64,000 nt of DNA from Yuukianura sp. NJ FZ-2021 (taxonomy: Eukaryota): assembly GCA_046563655.1 (NCBI GenBank), contig CM102289.1:9672001-9736000 (forward strand), given 5' to 3'. Within the stretch, counting starts at the first letter, position 1; each line of letters opens with the position of its first letter. The notes below the pieces were generated by a model that ran no database searches, was not told where the DNA came from, and was given only the letters and a program-made list of their open reading frames with translations. Shown in pieces: positions 49,101-62,100 of this stretch. Made by a program: the position numbers and the translations under genes.

Positions 49101-52100
49101 CCAAAAAGAGGGAAATTAAAAGGGAAAGTGCGACTTAAGAGTGAAAGTGTTTGGAAGTTAAGAACTCTTGTCTCTTGAGAGACCAAAGGAATCCAATCAA
49201 CCGGATTTTACTGGTCCTTTGCTACTAAAACACACAAGACAGTCTAGGCTCATTTTCCAACAGTGTAGGCTCATTTTATGATCAACGACACTAAAAAGTA
49301 GTGGTGCTTATTAATTGAGTGCTCTGATTGGTTGTTTCACACTGCCAATCAAGAGAGTCTCACTATACCCCAAATCATCGCTTTTTGCCCCAATTTGTCT
49401 CATTTTACCCCAAATAGTCTCACAATGCCCCAATTTATGTCAGGATTCATAAAAAGAGAAAGTGACAGTTTGTATGAGAGTTATGAATTACATTAAGCAA
49501 TTCCCTTTGAACATCCACCAATTTCTTATGATTTGTCGAAATCCATTATGGAAAATCGTTTTCAGTCGACACAAATGGATGGAAATGGATCCACATAATC
49601 GCCAAGAGATTTCACAGATTTCACATCCATAGTGACATTTCCTACAAAAAATTCAAAAAAGAGGAATTTCGAATTCCCTCAAAATGGTTTATACTTTACC
49701 AATGGTTCAACGGCTTTATACCGCATTGGGAATTTGAATTTTCAAAAAAACTTTCCAAGCATTTCACTAGACGATCAGCGCTTTGATCTGAATTGAAACT
49801 CCACTGTATCAAAATCCAAAATTCTACCTCACCCATAATAGTTTTTTTTAGTTTTCTGTTCAATTCGGGGAAGATCTCCCAAAAAAAAGTTTGTTGGCTC
49901 AAAGGAAGATGAAAACGGAAGACAATTGCTTTTTTTCTTGGCAAAAAAAATGGAAAATGTAGTTCTTTGATCCTTAGAGTTCCTGTGGCGAGTTACTAAC
50001 GTTACGATTCTTGAGCTAATGCGTTCTAAACCGCTGGTGGCCCATCTGCTACTCCAAGAATAATCCATTATTGATCAGCGTTTCAGCGATTCAGCGATCA
50101 GCGCTCAATACTCTTCCAGCTTTTCAGCGATCAGCGCTCAATACTTCTCCAGTGCCTGAGCTTCTCCGTTCCAGCCCTATGCAATTTACAGTCTGAGTAG
50201 GTTTGACCGGGAAAAATTGATCCAATTAATAATGTGTCTCCCATAGTACCAAATTGTAGTCGTCCACTAAAAGACTATCTTTTTTTTAGTCCTTCTCAGT
50301 AGTTCTGTTCATTTGGTGTAGTTTTAGTTTTATAGACTAAATTTAGTCTATTACTCTGTAGACTCTAGAATTTCACTAATTTTTACAAAATCAGAGATAA
50401 TTTGTAAAATTTACAAATTTCAAACTTTTAAAATATGAAACCTGCCATTTTCTTTGTGTTGGACGAGTTGCAGATTCAAAAAAATGTTGACGTTGAAATG
50501 AAGTTTCCCAAGTTTTTTAGAAAGTTGAGAAAGTTGGAATTGCTAAACTTTTGAGTTTTATCTGGGCGACCTTTGACCTTTGCATAAAGTTTAGAGCAGC
50601 ATCCATCTGCATTTGCAGTTTTCTCCACCAAAGTTGTTGAAATTGCATCGGAGGAGAGAAAGTGTGAGGAGCTTAGTCGTAAATCGTGTTTCATAATTCA
50701 TTTATTCATGAATTTTTCAAGGTTAGAGCGTAAGATGATTTAGAGGGAGAAAGTGGGGAGAGGACACTTCTATTGATCAGGGAGTGGAAAAGATTTATCC
50801 GTCCGACTCACTTTCACTTACAATTCTAACGGAAATTCAGTCACCCGGGTATTTGGTGACAGGCGGAAACCCAACGAACCCAATTCCCTCCTTCCGCTCT
50901 TTAGCCCCCTCAAATTCCGCGCTCAAGGCGCGGATTCAAACACCGATAAAACCGTGACCTCACGTTCTATTCCACTTCCGCCGCTTCTCCTTTCAATTCC
51001 AGATTCAAATTTCTGATTCTGAACACAATCAAAAACGGACTGACTAAACCTCTGATTTCTCTGACTTTCTCCAAAAACTTCCGTTTTTAGTCATTTGTAT
51101 GAGTAGAACTGACGTGAAACTGAACAAGTTTTTGAAACGTAATTGAAAATGGAGAAACTGATACGGTTTGAAACCGCGAGCGCTGATTGGTTGTGCTAAA
51201 ATATGAACGGTGAAATCAGGAACCAGTTTTCATTGTTTTGATTTCCGACTTTCACTGCGTTGAAATTGAAATCCCAACTGTGCTGTTACTCAATTATTAA
51301 TACACTGAAAACTCCATTTCAACTTCAAAATTTCAAAATTGGAATGAAACCATATTTGTTCAATGTAGTTTTTAAAAAAAATGATATTTTTTCCTGGTGT
51401 TGTTAGAAAGGTCATTGACCCCCAACGGATTTCATTTCATATGCAAAGCCATTGAAAGTCAAATTTTCTGTGCTTTTCTCTCATTTTGTAAGCAAATTTT
51501 TTGTTTTTGAAAAGTTTAGTTTCTCTCAACAGTTGGCATGCAACGTGGACATAACTTTTATGTGTTTCGTAAGCACATTTAGACCAAAATTTTGAAATTT
51601 CTTTACAAAAAGTTTATTTTTGTTTCTGTTTTTTTGCAATTTAAATTAAAACAGAAATAGTCTATGGAAAATATTGCAAAAGGCAGAAACAAAATCCATT
51701 TTGAAAGTTTTTTTTATCAAAATTCTTTAAAAACTTTGAAGCTTATGTGAATGGTTGAGTAGATTGTTTGTTGGATTGTTTGAACTGGATATTTTGTTGT
51801 GTAGAGTGCGAATGTTGTTGGTCTGTGGCCTGTGACCTACTATTCCCCAGAAGAATCAGATATGCACATGCGGTCACGCCTGGATTTCATCCGCCTTTGT
51901 TCTTACCACAACCTTGTTCTCTCTCTCTTCAAAATTGTGCTAAATTTTTGTAGCCACAAGGCTCCACAGACTCTGCAGAGATCAATACTTTTCAAAGAAG
52001 GTTTTGAGTTAAAAACGGGCGTGGGAGAAAGCATTTTTTGGTTTCCATGGTTTTGTGGCGCCACATATGGTGCTGTATTGTAATTTTGACTAAAGCTCCA

Positions 52101-55100
52101 TCACTTTCTGTTCTCTACTGATACGATTTCCTTCAATTTCAAACTTCAAAGTGACCAGAAGTGGACGTTGTGCCATTCTGGAACTTTGAACTTTGGAATG
52201 CAGCAGTTGAGGATTACTTTTGACCTGGAAAACGAGTTTCGCTTTTGTTAAATTTTGAGTTCCTCTTTTGTTAGAATTTGCTGTGGGGATTTCAAAGTGT
52301 GCGGCGTAACGTTGTGTGATGATGGAAAATTGTAGAAATCTAAATTAGAAAATTAGGAGAGCGAGAGTAATGCCAGGAGATTAGAGAACCACATCAGTCG
52401 AAAGGTGGGACTACTCGACCCACCATACAAAACCCACCGCACTTTACTTCCGCTGAGCCTAAAACCAAAATTTCATAGAACCAAATTTACATTTTGAAAT
52501 TTGGCACACTTTCGGCCATGTGCTTTCACTCTGGAAAAATTTCGACTCAAAAATCTACGCTGATGTCTCAGTTTTCACCAGAAATTGTGTTTTTCCGATC
52601 TTTGGTGTTCAAACTGATTAAACTCCTAAAAATTTCAAACTTTTTTCATCCGGCATGTAAAATTAAAAAAGAAATTTTTTTGAACATTTTTTTTTTGCAG
52701 AGCCAAACACAACGATTATGGGTGCACCTGAAATGTACATAAACCGTGGCAGTACTATAAATTTGACGTGTATCGTCGAACATAGTCCAGAACCTCCGAC
52801 TAACATCATGTGGATGCACAACAACTTGGTAAGAACTTATAATATAAAATTATAAATTATAGGAATTATAAATTATAGGAATTATAAATTATACAAATTA
52901 TAACTCAAGTTTGTTTCAGAACTGTGCCACTTTTTGTTTGTTCAAACGACTTATGAAACCAATTATAACTGAAACTTTCTTTTTCAAAAAAAAGTAGATG
53001 ACAAGTCTACTTTTTTTTTACTTTTTTTTTGAAACGATGCTTGTTAAAAGTGAAGGACCGCACATCACTTTTGAAGTGGAGCTTAATATCTCTTTTCCTT
53101 TGACAACTCAAATAAAAATGTAGTTTATAACACACATCATTAGCAGAACTCAACTGTATTTTCCCATTGCCAAAACATTTTATTTCATCTTAGCCGAAAA
53201 TGTAATAACTTTGAAGTTTATTGGAAAAAAGAGAAAGTATCGAACTTTGTAACTCTGAAATTCCGAATTTAGACTTTTCCTCTGAGAATTGACTTTTGGG
53301 AAAATGACAATTTGTTTCAAAAATGGATTTTAATAATTGAGGAGCCTTTGAGTTTGTGTTGTTTGCGAATAGTTGGAGTGCTGGAAGCGTTGTGCCGTGA
53401 GCAGAAGGCATTTGGCGTCTCTCAAGAATTGTGTTTTGAAGTTATAACGAATTCGACTCCTCTTTTCACAGAAATTGAACCTCCCGGGCTCACGATCGAC
53501 CTGAAATAAGATTACAACTTTCTCCTCGGCACAACTTTCTCTTTTGTCCCTCTTTTTTGGAGTTATTGATATAACGTGTACACGAACATTGAATTAATAA
53601 AGTCAAACCCATTTCCTCTGTATTTGTCTACTCTGTTTCCTCGTGTATTTGTTGAATGTATTTCCTGGCCTATTTTATTTACTCATGTATTTTGTGCATT
53701 TAGGAAATCAATTACGATTCTCCGAGAGGTGGTGTGAGCGTTATTACGGAAAAGGGAGACGTAACTGTCAGCTACTTACTCATTCAAAGGGCCAAAGCAG
53801 CCGATTCGGGTAAAAATTCACAAATTCTACTTTTTTACATTTCTGCAATTTGAATTTTCGACATTTTTGCAGTTCAGTTTTTCGGCATTTTTGTAATTTG
53901 AGGTTTTCCAATTTTTTGTGATTTTTTTGTGTTTTTAGTTGTTTTCAAGGTTCTTTGACAGCCGAATTGTATTTTCTACAACAGGTTGCCTAGTAACTCG
54001 AAGTTTTTCTAAAATAAGGCTTCTAACCATGTTTTGAACTTACTCCATTTGCATTACACACAAAAATCACCATAGGAAAAAAAGTTTTGCTATTTTTTAA
54101 AACAATTTAAAACTTTGAGTTATTGGACAACCTGGCGTAGAAAACCATTTTTCTTGTTTGCGAACCTTTGTTATTTTTGGTGTAACTTTTTACATTGCTC
54201 AGAAGAATCGTTGTAAATTGAAGCAATTGCAAGGTTTTCTGAAAGATTAAGCTCAGGAATTTGTTAATTTTGGAAGTTTTAGACAAGATGACTATCGGAG
54301 GACATTGACCTCGATTTGCACGGATTAAATTTTGAAACTAAATTTGAAATGCCCGGTTTAAAGTTTAAACTGTTTTTGTGCCCTTTAGGTCGCTACTCTT
54401 GCAGTCCATCCAACGCCATTGCCCAAGAAATCTCTGTCCATGTTCTGAATGGTAAGTTTTCAAAATCTCCCGCTCACACTCTGTCTCTGACACACTTATT
54501 AGCCTAATGTCACACGTACACCACCATACAATTTTGGAAAACTGAACCATCCAAAAAAATTTCAAAAAAGTTTCATTTTTTTCAAAAAGTGGTTCAACCG
54601 CAGTTCCGTCGACAAGGTTCCGCTCACTTTCGCCTCATTTGCAAACAAGGAACGGAACACTTTTTTTCAGACTTTCACCGTTTCGCTACTTTCTGTTTTC
54701 AGTTTCAAAAAAAGCGCGGGAAAAGCTCCACTGCTCCACAAACAATATTTCACCCCACTTTCTCATTTCCCTAAGTGAACTTTTTCTAGACAAAGTTTTA
54801 CACTTGAACCTACACTACGCACAACCATAACTTCCACCTGCCCCCTTCATTTCTACGCGCTTTTTAGGCGTTTTAGACTTTCGGTGCAGCAAGGCGGCAG
54901 AAATTCAGTTTTCAAATTCACCTAAAACCGGGAGTTCGATTTCTAAGAGAAAGTGGGCCAGTTTTAAAGGCGCGCCGAAAGCGCGTGTTTTAGGGAGAAA
55001 GTGTGGGTTTTAATACAGAAAGTGCCAGATTTGGTTTTGTTCCATAAATTCACTTTTATATCCCTTTAAATCCTTGTGCCTCCTGGCGCTTTAATTCAAA

Positions 55101-55822
55101 CTGTTCCTGCGCTTAATCGCTTTTTGTGAAATAAACGCTCAAACACTGCTGCAAGTGTCGTCACATGTTTGAGTAATTAACACGGAATGACTCTCCCTGC
55201 TTCTGGCAGAGAAAGGGGGCCCTTGAAGGGCTCTTGGAGATGATTCATGAATTGTTTATTTGTGCCGGCACTTAATTTGCTCAACTCTTCACTCCTTTTT
55301 AAACTAAAAAGAGGAGATAACGAAGTGAAAGCAGGATCTTTTTTGAAGTTTAAGAGACAAAGGGCCCCGCCCTTGGAATATTTTATTTGTTTCGGGGCCC
55401 TTCAACTTCAAAAGTCTTTAGGATACGGATCTAAGTGCCTCCGGAAGTTCCATGAGACTAAATTAATTGCTCAAAGTCCTCTTGGCATGGGACTAACCTG
55501 GTCTAAAAAGACTAAAACGAGACTAAAAAGACTAAAACAAAACTGAAAACTTCCGCTAGACTCAAACTGGCAGTAAAAGCTTGGAAGTCTGAGCAATTTT
55601 GAAGTTAAAGTTTTGTTTTTCGGAGTCAACGCCTCTGGTGTTCCTAGCTTAATTAAAAAAGAAGTTTCTAAGCCATGAAATTTTGAAAATAGTTTTTTCA
55701 TTTTTTTTTTTGAAATTTCAGGAGAACTTCCAGCAGCGATGCAGCATGGAGGCCAACTGAAGCTTGAATACCCCATTACCGTTTTCCTTCTCAGTCTCTT
55801 CGCACTCTTTCTCGGAACATAA
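34141..55822 (+). CDS. dpr: Dpr-family (defective proboscis extension response) two-Ig cell-surface protein, ~268 aa, probably GPI-anchored
   Basis: Exons 34141-34177, 48006-48166, 48252-48383, 48838-48916, 52701-52828, 53704-53809, 54389-54451, 55722-55822 (807 nt). NVTALVGKTASLTCRV..SWVRHRDIHLLTVG..YTSDQRF..WTLQIRYPQHRDSGVYECQISTTPP; INLTCIV..PEPP..INYDSPRGGVSVITEKG..DSGRYSCSPSN; GELPAAMQHG followed by a hydrophobic tail. The first exon is inferred from phase and signal-peptide fit; the paralog number cannot be assigned. Confidence 0.93.
36426..37116. mobile_element. Non-autonomous foldback DNA transposon / MITE (691 bp, ~330-bp arms, 8-bp TSD)
   Basis: Ends GGTTAGATTTCCGTTTCTGGGGCCATGAAAC... 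and ...GTTTCATGGCCCCAGAAACGGAAATCTAACC. The inverted arms extend to a ~25-bp central spacer. Flanking direct repeat CTAAAAAG at 36418-36425 and 37117-37124. No transposase. Confidence 0.9.
39885..40125. repeat. Seven-unit array of conserved motif (CGAACAGTGTGTGCCGGTC) separated by variable sequence
   Basis: CAGTGT cores at 39891, 39929, 39963, 39998, 40035, 40065, 40103 (period 30-38 bp). Confidence 0.85.
43500..43583. repeat. 42-bp tandem duplication
   Basis: gtaccgaaaagaccgaacttt(cac/ttt c)agtgtcggagaaagtttt twice. Confidence 0.85.
48181..48220. repeat. 15-bp tandem repeat x~2.7 in dpr intron 2
   Basis: ctcccgccatagtta ctcccgccatagtta ctcccgccat. Confidence 0.85.
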
Positions 55823-58715
55823 GAAAAAAAAAGTTTGGAATTTTTCTCAAAATTTCAAAAAAAAAAGTTGTGGCCAAAAGTCCATAGTGGCAATGGCGGG
55901 TGCTTGAACTTCGTCCAGGATGCTAAAAAGTGACCGCTGGAAGTGGGCCCTTGAAGGGCTTACCTGGAAGTGTCCCTTGGGCTTGACAATAAAGGATCCT
56001 CCACAAATCCAGTGAAAGCACAGAGTGAAAGTGCGTATTTTGTTTCTATTAAAGTTCCATATCCTCCATTTACGGCCTGAGCAAAGCACATCTTCAAAAC
56101 CTCATAAGATGCTGCTGGAATGTTGTTCAAAGTGCACTGGAAACCACAACTGAGCCTCCAAATCCCTCCAGACGCGATGCTGCTCCAGCATTCTCCAGCA
56201 TTTTCCCAAATCGCTCCAAATGTGCAACTTTCTCCTCAACTTTTGTCCACATTCACCAAAACGGCTGAGAAGCCAAGCAAAAGCTTTCCGAATTTTGACA
56301 CATTTTTGGCGGGTGTCCTAAATGCCAAATTTCCAAAATCCAACGAAAACAAAACAGTGAAAGAAATTTTTGAAGTTGTGCAACGCAAGGTTTTGAATTG
56401 AAAAAATTGCATACTTGTTAAATTTATAAAAGAAATTATTAAAATTAATTCAAAGAAGGTTGAAGGCTTTTGAGGGAAAAATTTACGTCAAAATTGGAAT
56501 TGAATTGCTACTGCTAAAATCAAAAAAATTATTCATTTAAACTAGGTTATAAAAGTTTTCTATTAGTGTTAAAAAAAACTAAAATTTCGAGCGCGACTGA
56601 ATTGTAGCTGATTTTTTTTTGGAAAATGGATACGGTTATTATTAAATATCTGATTGTTAAAAAACTATTGTGCAACTGTCAGATTGAAAAATAAAATTTA
56701 GTTCAAAAATTCAAAAAAAGTGAAAATACAATGAGTGAAGATGAGACGAAGAGAGAAGTTTCCAAAAAGAAAATTTTGGAATTTCTTTCTGATTTTTAGT
56801 TTTGGGCATAATTTGAGTTTACTTGTTTAAAAAATGTGTTAAATTTTGAATTTTCCGCTGTTTTTAAACTTTTAGAAAAGTTGAATAATTTAGAAACAAG
56901 AATTTGACATGCTGTTTTTTTTTACGCAAGTCGTCTCTTCATTTCCCGAGTGAAGTAAAAGTGTTGATTAGAAAGCAGAAGAACAGGAAGCGACAGTTTC
57001 CTCTCTTTTTAGTTTATTTGACTTTTATTTTGAAAAGTTATTTTCATCATCTTCTTGTTTAGATGTCTCAAATAATAATCATAACAGTTTTGGTGTCAAC
57101 GGAGGAGAAAGCAGAGCACCATGCCTCAAATGGTGCTGCACCATGATGGTGTTGGAAATTTTAATCTAAAATGATAATGGTTTTGTTTAAAATTGGAATG
57201 TTTTGGGTGGAGCAGAAAACAAAGGACGTTTATCTGCCCATGTAAATTATGTATTTATGCAGTCAGCACAATCCGAAAGACAGGGAATTACCCGCCTCCC
57301 GTTTAAACTCTCCCGCATTCTCCCGCAACGCCAAAAACATTCACTTTGGCCTCTGCCCAACTTTCACAGCCCCACTTCTTAACGCTTTCCTCATTTTCTC
57401 ATACTAAACTTTCACTCTAACCAAAATTCGCTCAAATTAAAACAAAACATAATATAAAACGTACCAAAGTCAATGCAAATTTGACCTTTAAATTGTTTTA
57501 AATTTTGAAAACGGTGTGTTTCTATTTTGAACCGACTTGAAAATATTGTTGATTAGTTTTCAAATATTTTAAATTTTTCGATTATTTTTTGCTGTTTTGC
57601 ATTGTTGACGGTGAAAACAGAGAAGCTGGTTGTACCGAACTTTTTTTTTTCTGAAATGAGACTTTTATTTTTTCAAAAACAAATTTTTTGTTTGGCAGAG
57701 AAATGGTTTGAAGGCATATGAGTGGATGCGTTGAGGATGCGAAGCACAAAAGTGATTTGGATTTATTTGTGGTTTTTGGAGAAAAGAGAAAGGGCGGATC
57801 GAATTGTGGATGAAAAAACAACATGAGAAGAGAGTGTTTCACCAGCCAAGAAAATGAATTATGAAAACCAAAAAATAATGGAACAAGTTCGATCCGTCAT
57901 GCTGTTTTTTGTCTACTTTGTAAAAAAAACCACCGCCCTCTAAATCATTTCCATTCTTTTGAATTTTTTATGAAAAGAAAAAAGTGGAGCAGCTTCTTAT
58001 TTGCTCAACACAATTCGTTTGTATCTTCTGGAAAACACTTGAGATGATGACAAAATCTGCGTAGTTACTCTCTTCACACAAGAATCATGCAGACAGAGCA
58101 AGCTAAGGTGAGTGTTAAATTTGTTTATTTGAGTGTTAATGTGTGTTTAGCGAGGTCAAAGGTGAGTGTTTAAGTTGGACTGTTAACTCATCGGGTGAAG
58201 TTCTTTGAAGTGAGTCAAAAGATACACGCGTCGTCATTAGATTAAACACGAGCGTTCTACTTTCAAAGGTCACTCGACTGTTTGAACAAGCCAAATTTAA
58301 GTCTCATTTCCTTCCACACAATTTAAAACAAACACAAAAATCTACACTATATTTTCCTCACTACTCTCAGTTTTACCTCAAACATACAAACATTATTTCC
58401 AAATTTTCAATTTCATAGCCAAAATCTTTGCAATATTTTGAATTTGAGAAAAAAATATGAAATGCTTCCACTTTCACAAATTTTTGGTTCAGGTAAATGC
58501 CGACCAAAGATTTTTGGAAAAACATGATAAAAATTACAGTTGAAAAAAAAATTCAGTTTTCTTCAACTTTTTTGCTTTTGAAAAATGGCTTTAAAATGAC
58601 GTTTAGAAAAAATGGGAGAACAAGAAAGTACATCATAAATTTTTTTTGTAGACTAAAAAGTTCTGTTTTTATTCATTTGAACTCGAAGTATGTACAAAGT
58701 AGCGGAAGTTTAAGT

Positions 58716-59143
58716 TTACTTGTACAAATAGAGTCCAGAAATGGGCAGAATTGCCAGAAACAATGCCATGAGTGAACTGAATCTTAAAGAAGACGAAGCA
58801 TTTGGACATGCGGGGTCAACAGTTCCGGTCAGCACAACTCTGTCATTGCACTTGCAAGTCAAATCGTCATTCTTTCTATCCAATTTCCAGTTGGTCACAG
58901 GTCGTGGACAGTAGTCAGGGTCATCACGAACAGCTTGACACCGAACTTGAAACCCCAATGGACACACCAACCCCATATTTTCTAAAAACACACAATTTTA
59001 AGTTTTTCCTCAAATTTCTACTAAAATTTACATTTTTTAACTCAAATATCCCAATTTTTAATACCTGTAGGTCTAATGGATTCTGCTGTTTTAAAGCTGG
59101 CAGCAAAAGCGATGAGGGCCACAACGATCAAAATGGACTTCAT
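58716..59143 (-). CDS. Small secreted six-cysteine protein with probable GPI-anchor signal, 114 aa, family unknown
   Basis: Exons 59143-59065 and 58981-58716 (phase-1 GT-AG intron). MKSILIVVALIAFAASFKTAESIRPTENMGLVCPLGFQVRCQAVRDDPDYCPRPVTNWKLDRKNDDLTCKCNDRVVLTGTVDPACPNASSSLRFSSLMALFLAILPISGLYLYK. Confidence 0.8.
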
Positions 59144-62100
59144 GTTGGAAGATTCAAAAGGAGAAGCTAAAAAAAAGTTCAGAAGTTTAGTAAGTTTTTT
59201 GCAACTTTGAGTAAATTGAGAAGATTTGATCATTTGAAGCAAAAGTGGGGTTAATAAATACCTAAGAGGTTCGGAAGTGTCGTGTTTGAGTGAATATCTA
59301 ATCTCTAAAAAGCAAACAGAACTGAATCCTTGCGGTCATAAATTAATATTCGAAGAAAACAAGAACAAGGTGTGACTAAAGTCCTTTTCCAAATAAAGTA
59401 CTTGACTAATACTTTGACTAAAGTCTAACTCAACATTTTAGCGTCTTGCGTGAATCATTCAATTCATCGCAAAAAGTATGCATGACGTCTTTCAGGAAAA
59501 TCGTCACCAAAATGTCGAAAAAAAAGTGTTTTTGTTCTTGCTTTTTTATAATTTCTGGAGAAAGTGCGTTAATTATGGAATTTGGTGAAAGTCAAAACTG
59601 AAATTCAAGATGCCGGACAATAAAAGAAGAAATCCGAGTTTCTCGTAATGAATCAACTCAAGATGGAACCTGTTTTGGCCAAACATGAAACAAAAGAAGA
59701 ATACAATTGGGATGAGTAAGTTGTTAGGTTAAGTTAACTTAACTTTTTAATTAATTTGGTGAAACTTGCTTCTTCTAATTTTCTGAGAAGGATTAAACCA
59801 GATTTTACTAAGCCTTTCTCAAGCGGCTTTTGAAAAACAGACGTTGGCCGGAGTTTTGGAAAAGTAAAAGTTGCCATGCCGGAACTAAGGAGAGAAAGCA
59901 CGGAAGATGAAGTATTGTTGTTTAGAAACAGTCCAACAGCTACTGTAACTTCTTATAGTACTTTTAGCCTTCTATAGTACTTTTAGCCTTCTAAGAAAGT
60001 TCTACAATAAATTGTAGTCCGTGTCTATTCATTGGAGTAGAAGGGCACCAGAAACTGTAGACTTTCCTTAAGTTATTACTGTAAACAAAATATTTGTGAG
60101 TTTGGCTTTTGTATGGAGAAACCCATTATTTAAGCGTTGACGTGGATCCTATTGTGGATAATGTAAACGCCATCTCTCATAGTGCGGCGACATTTCGCTC
60201 AAAAGGACTAAAAAGACTAAAAACTGGTTCTCCAAGATAGGATCTTGCATGGTGACTATGGTTACATGTAAATACCCGGGTATTCTCTGGCTCTAAGCTC
60301 ATGTGATCATATTTCATCCTCCCACGCATCAAAGGACTAATGATTTTATCAATTTTTACAATGTTTAGCCTCGGCCTGGAGCACAAGAGAAGAGGGCTAT
60401 TTTAGAAAATGTTATGTTATTTTATGCTTTGATATGTTGAATAATGTAAGGTTATGTAAGATCATGTAAAGTTATGTAAAAGGAAGAGCTCAAAGGATTG
60501 ATTTCGGCAGAGAATTTGATCCTTGCGCTTCATCAAAAGCTCCAGTGCAAAAGCGTGTCTCCAAAACACTCTTATTCAAACATGCCACTCTGCTTTCTCT
60601 CCATACTTTTAGCCGTCATGAGCCTCTTCCGTCCTAGATCTGTCAAAACACTCAAAATTTCAACATTATCACATAAAACATCAATACATAAAAAATACAT
60701 CCAAACATAAAATTCAGAACTAAGGATTTTGGTGAAAAAAAAAGCGTTTTGCTAAAAAAAAGGATTCTGGTGAAAAAAAAAGTTTCCACGGCGCTGAGCC
60801 AAAATCATAGACTTTCGAAATATTTTTTTTAGCTCAACATCATGCACATTATAGAATTTTCCAAGGTAACTAAACCTTGGAATTTTCGAAACAAAAATTG
60901 TATTTTTTTAGTGCGGACGTTCCTGAAAGAAGTCAATTGCGTAACGAAGAGGAAAGAGGATGAAGATGTTGATTGTTTGTGATTTGGCAGGAGCATAATA
61001 GAAGGAAGAGAAAGTTTGAAGACAATCGGAAGAGTGAGTGGGATTGGCAGGAGGGTTTAGGCACTGGAAACAGAGCCAGATTAGCCTACGTTTTTGTTAA
61101 GGTTACTTTTGTTCCACAAAGTTAGCTTCTTCTGTTTCATTTCTTAAGGGAACAAGAGGAAAAGTCCGAGGAAAGTTGAGCTTTGCAAACAAAGAAACCA
61201 GTTTTCTATCTGCCACAACCAATCCCCCCTCCTCCCCCTCCTCCTCCTTCCTCCACCTCCCATTCAATTTGGTCCGGAAGAAAGTTGGATTGAAGGGCAA
61301 AGGAAACGCAACTTTCACCTCCTGTCTCCACACGCACTCAGACTTTTAGCTTATCAATTCCAAGTTTTAGGCTAACAATTGGCCAAAGTCAATGGCTTCA
61401 TTCCAACTTCACTCAAATCAGAGAAATAGTCACCTCTTTTTATTCTTAACTTAAGTTTTTTCACTAACCTAACTTTTTTAGTTGTGAAAGTGGAAAGTGT
61501 AGATGTTGATGTTGTGGCTGTTTGTATTAAGGAGAAAGTGAAGTGTTTGATTAGTAGGACAGGACTATCCTCCTCCTTGAGTCAAAGAGAGAATCAATAC
61601 GGAATACAAATTACTCTCTTTTTACTTTCTCCGTACTACTCAACTGTATCTTTACAAAGAATTGCTATAGTAAGTTTGATAAAGTTAGTTTAGGCTAGGA
61701 AAGTTATGTTAGGCTTAGCCTAACCTTCGAAAACGAAGAGGAAGGCTTTCATTTACTTTCACTTCTCAACTGACACTCTTTGATTTCGCACTCTCTCGAC
61801 TCAAATTAAAAAAGGCGGGTAGAATTTCACCAATTAATTGGCACCTTTCAACACTCTCTCCACTCACTTCTAATTATTACTCTCCACAAAAAATCTTTTT
61901 AGTAATACAAAACGCCAACATTCATCGATTTCTTCTTCCTTGCAAATTTTTTGTACCGAAAGAGATCTTTTGATTTTCTGAAATAAAAATGCACCAAAAT
62001 TGTGGATTTCGGAAAATACTAAAATAATTCTTGCTCAAATGATGCAATAAAACTGCAATGTTTTGTTTTATGCTCCAATTTGTTTATGACTTTGTGACAT

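Noticed and set aside
58760..58981. Ly6/three-finger or quiver assignment for the small GPI protein
   Set aside because: Only six cysteines and no CCxxxxCN motif.
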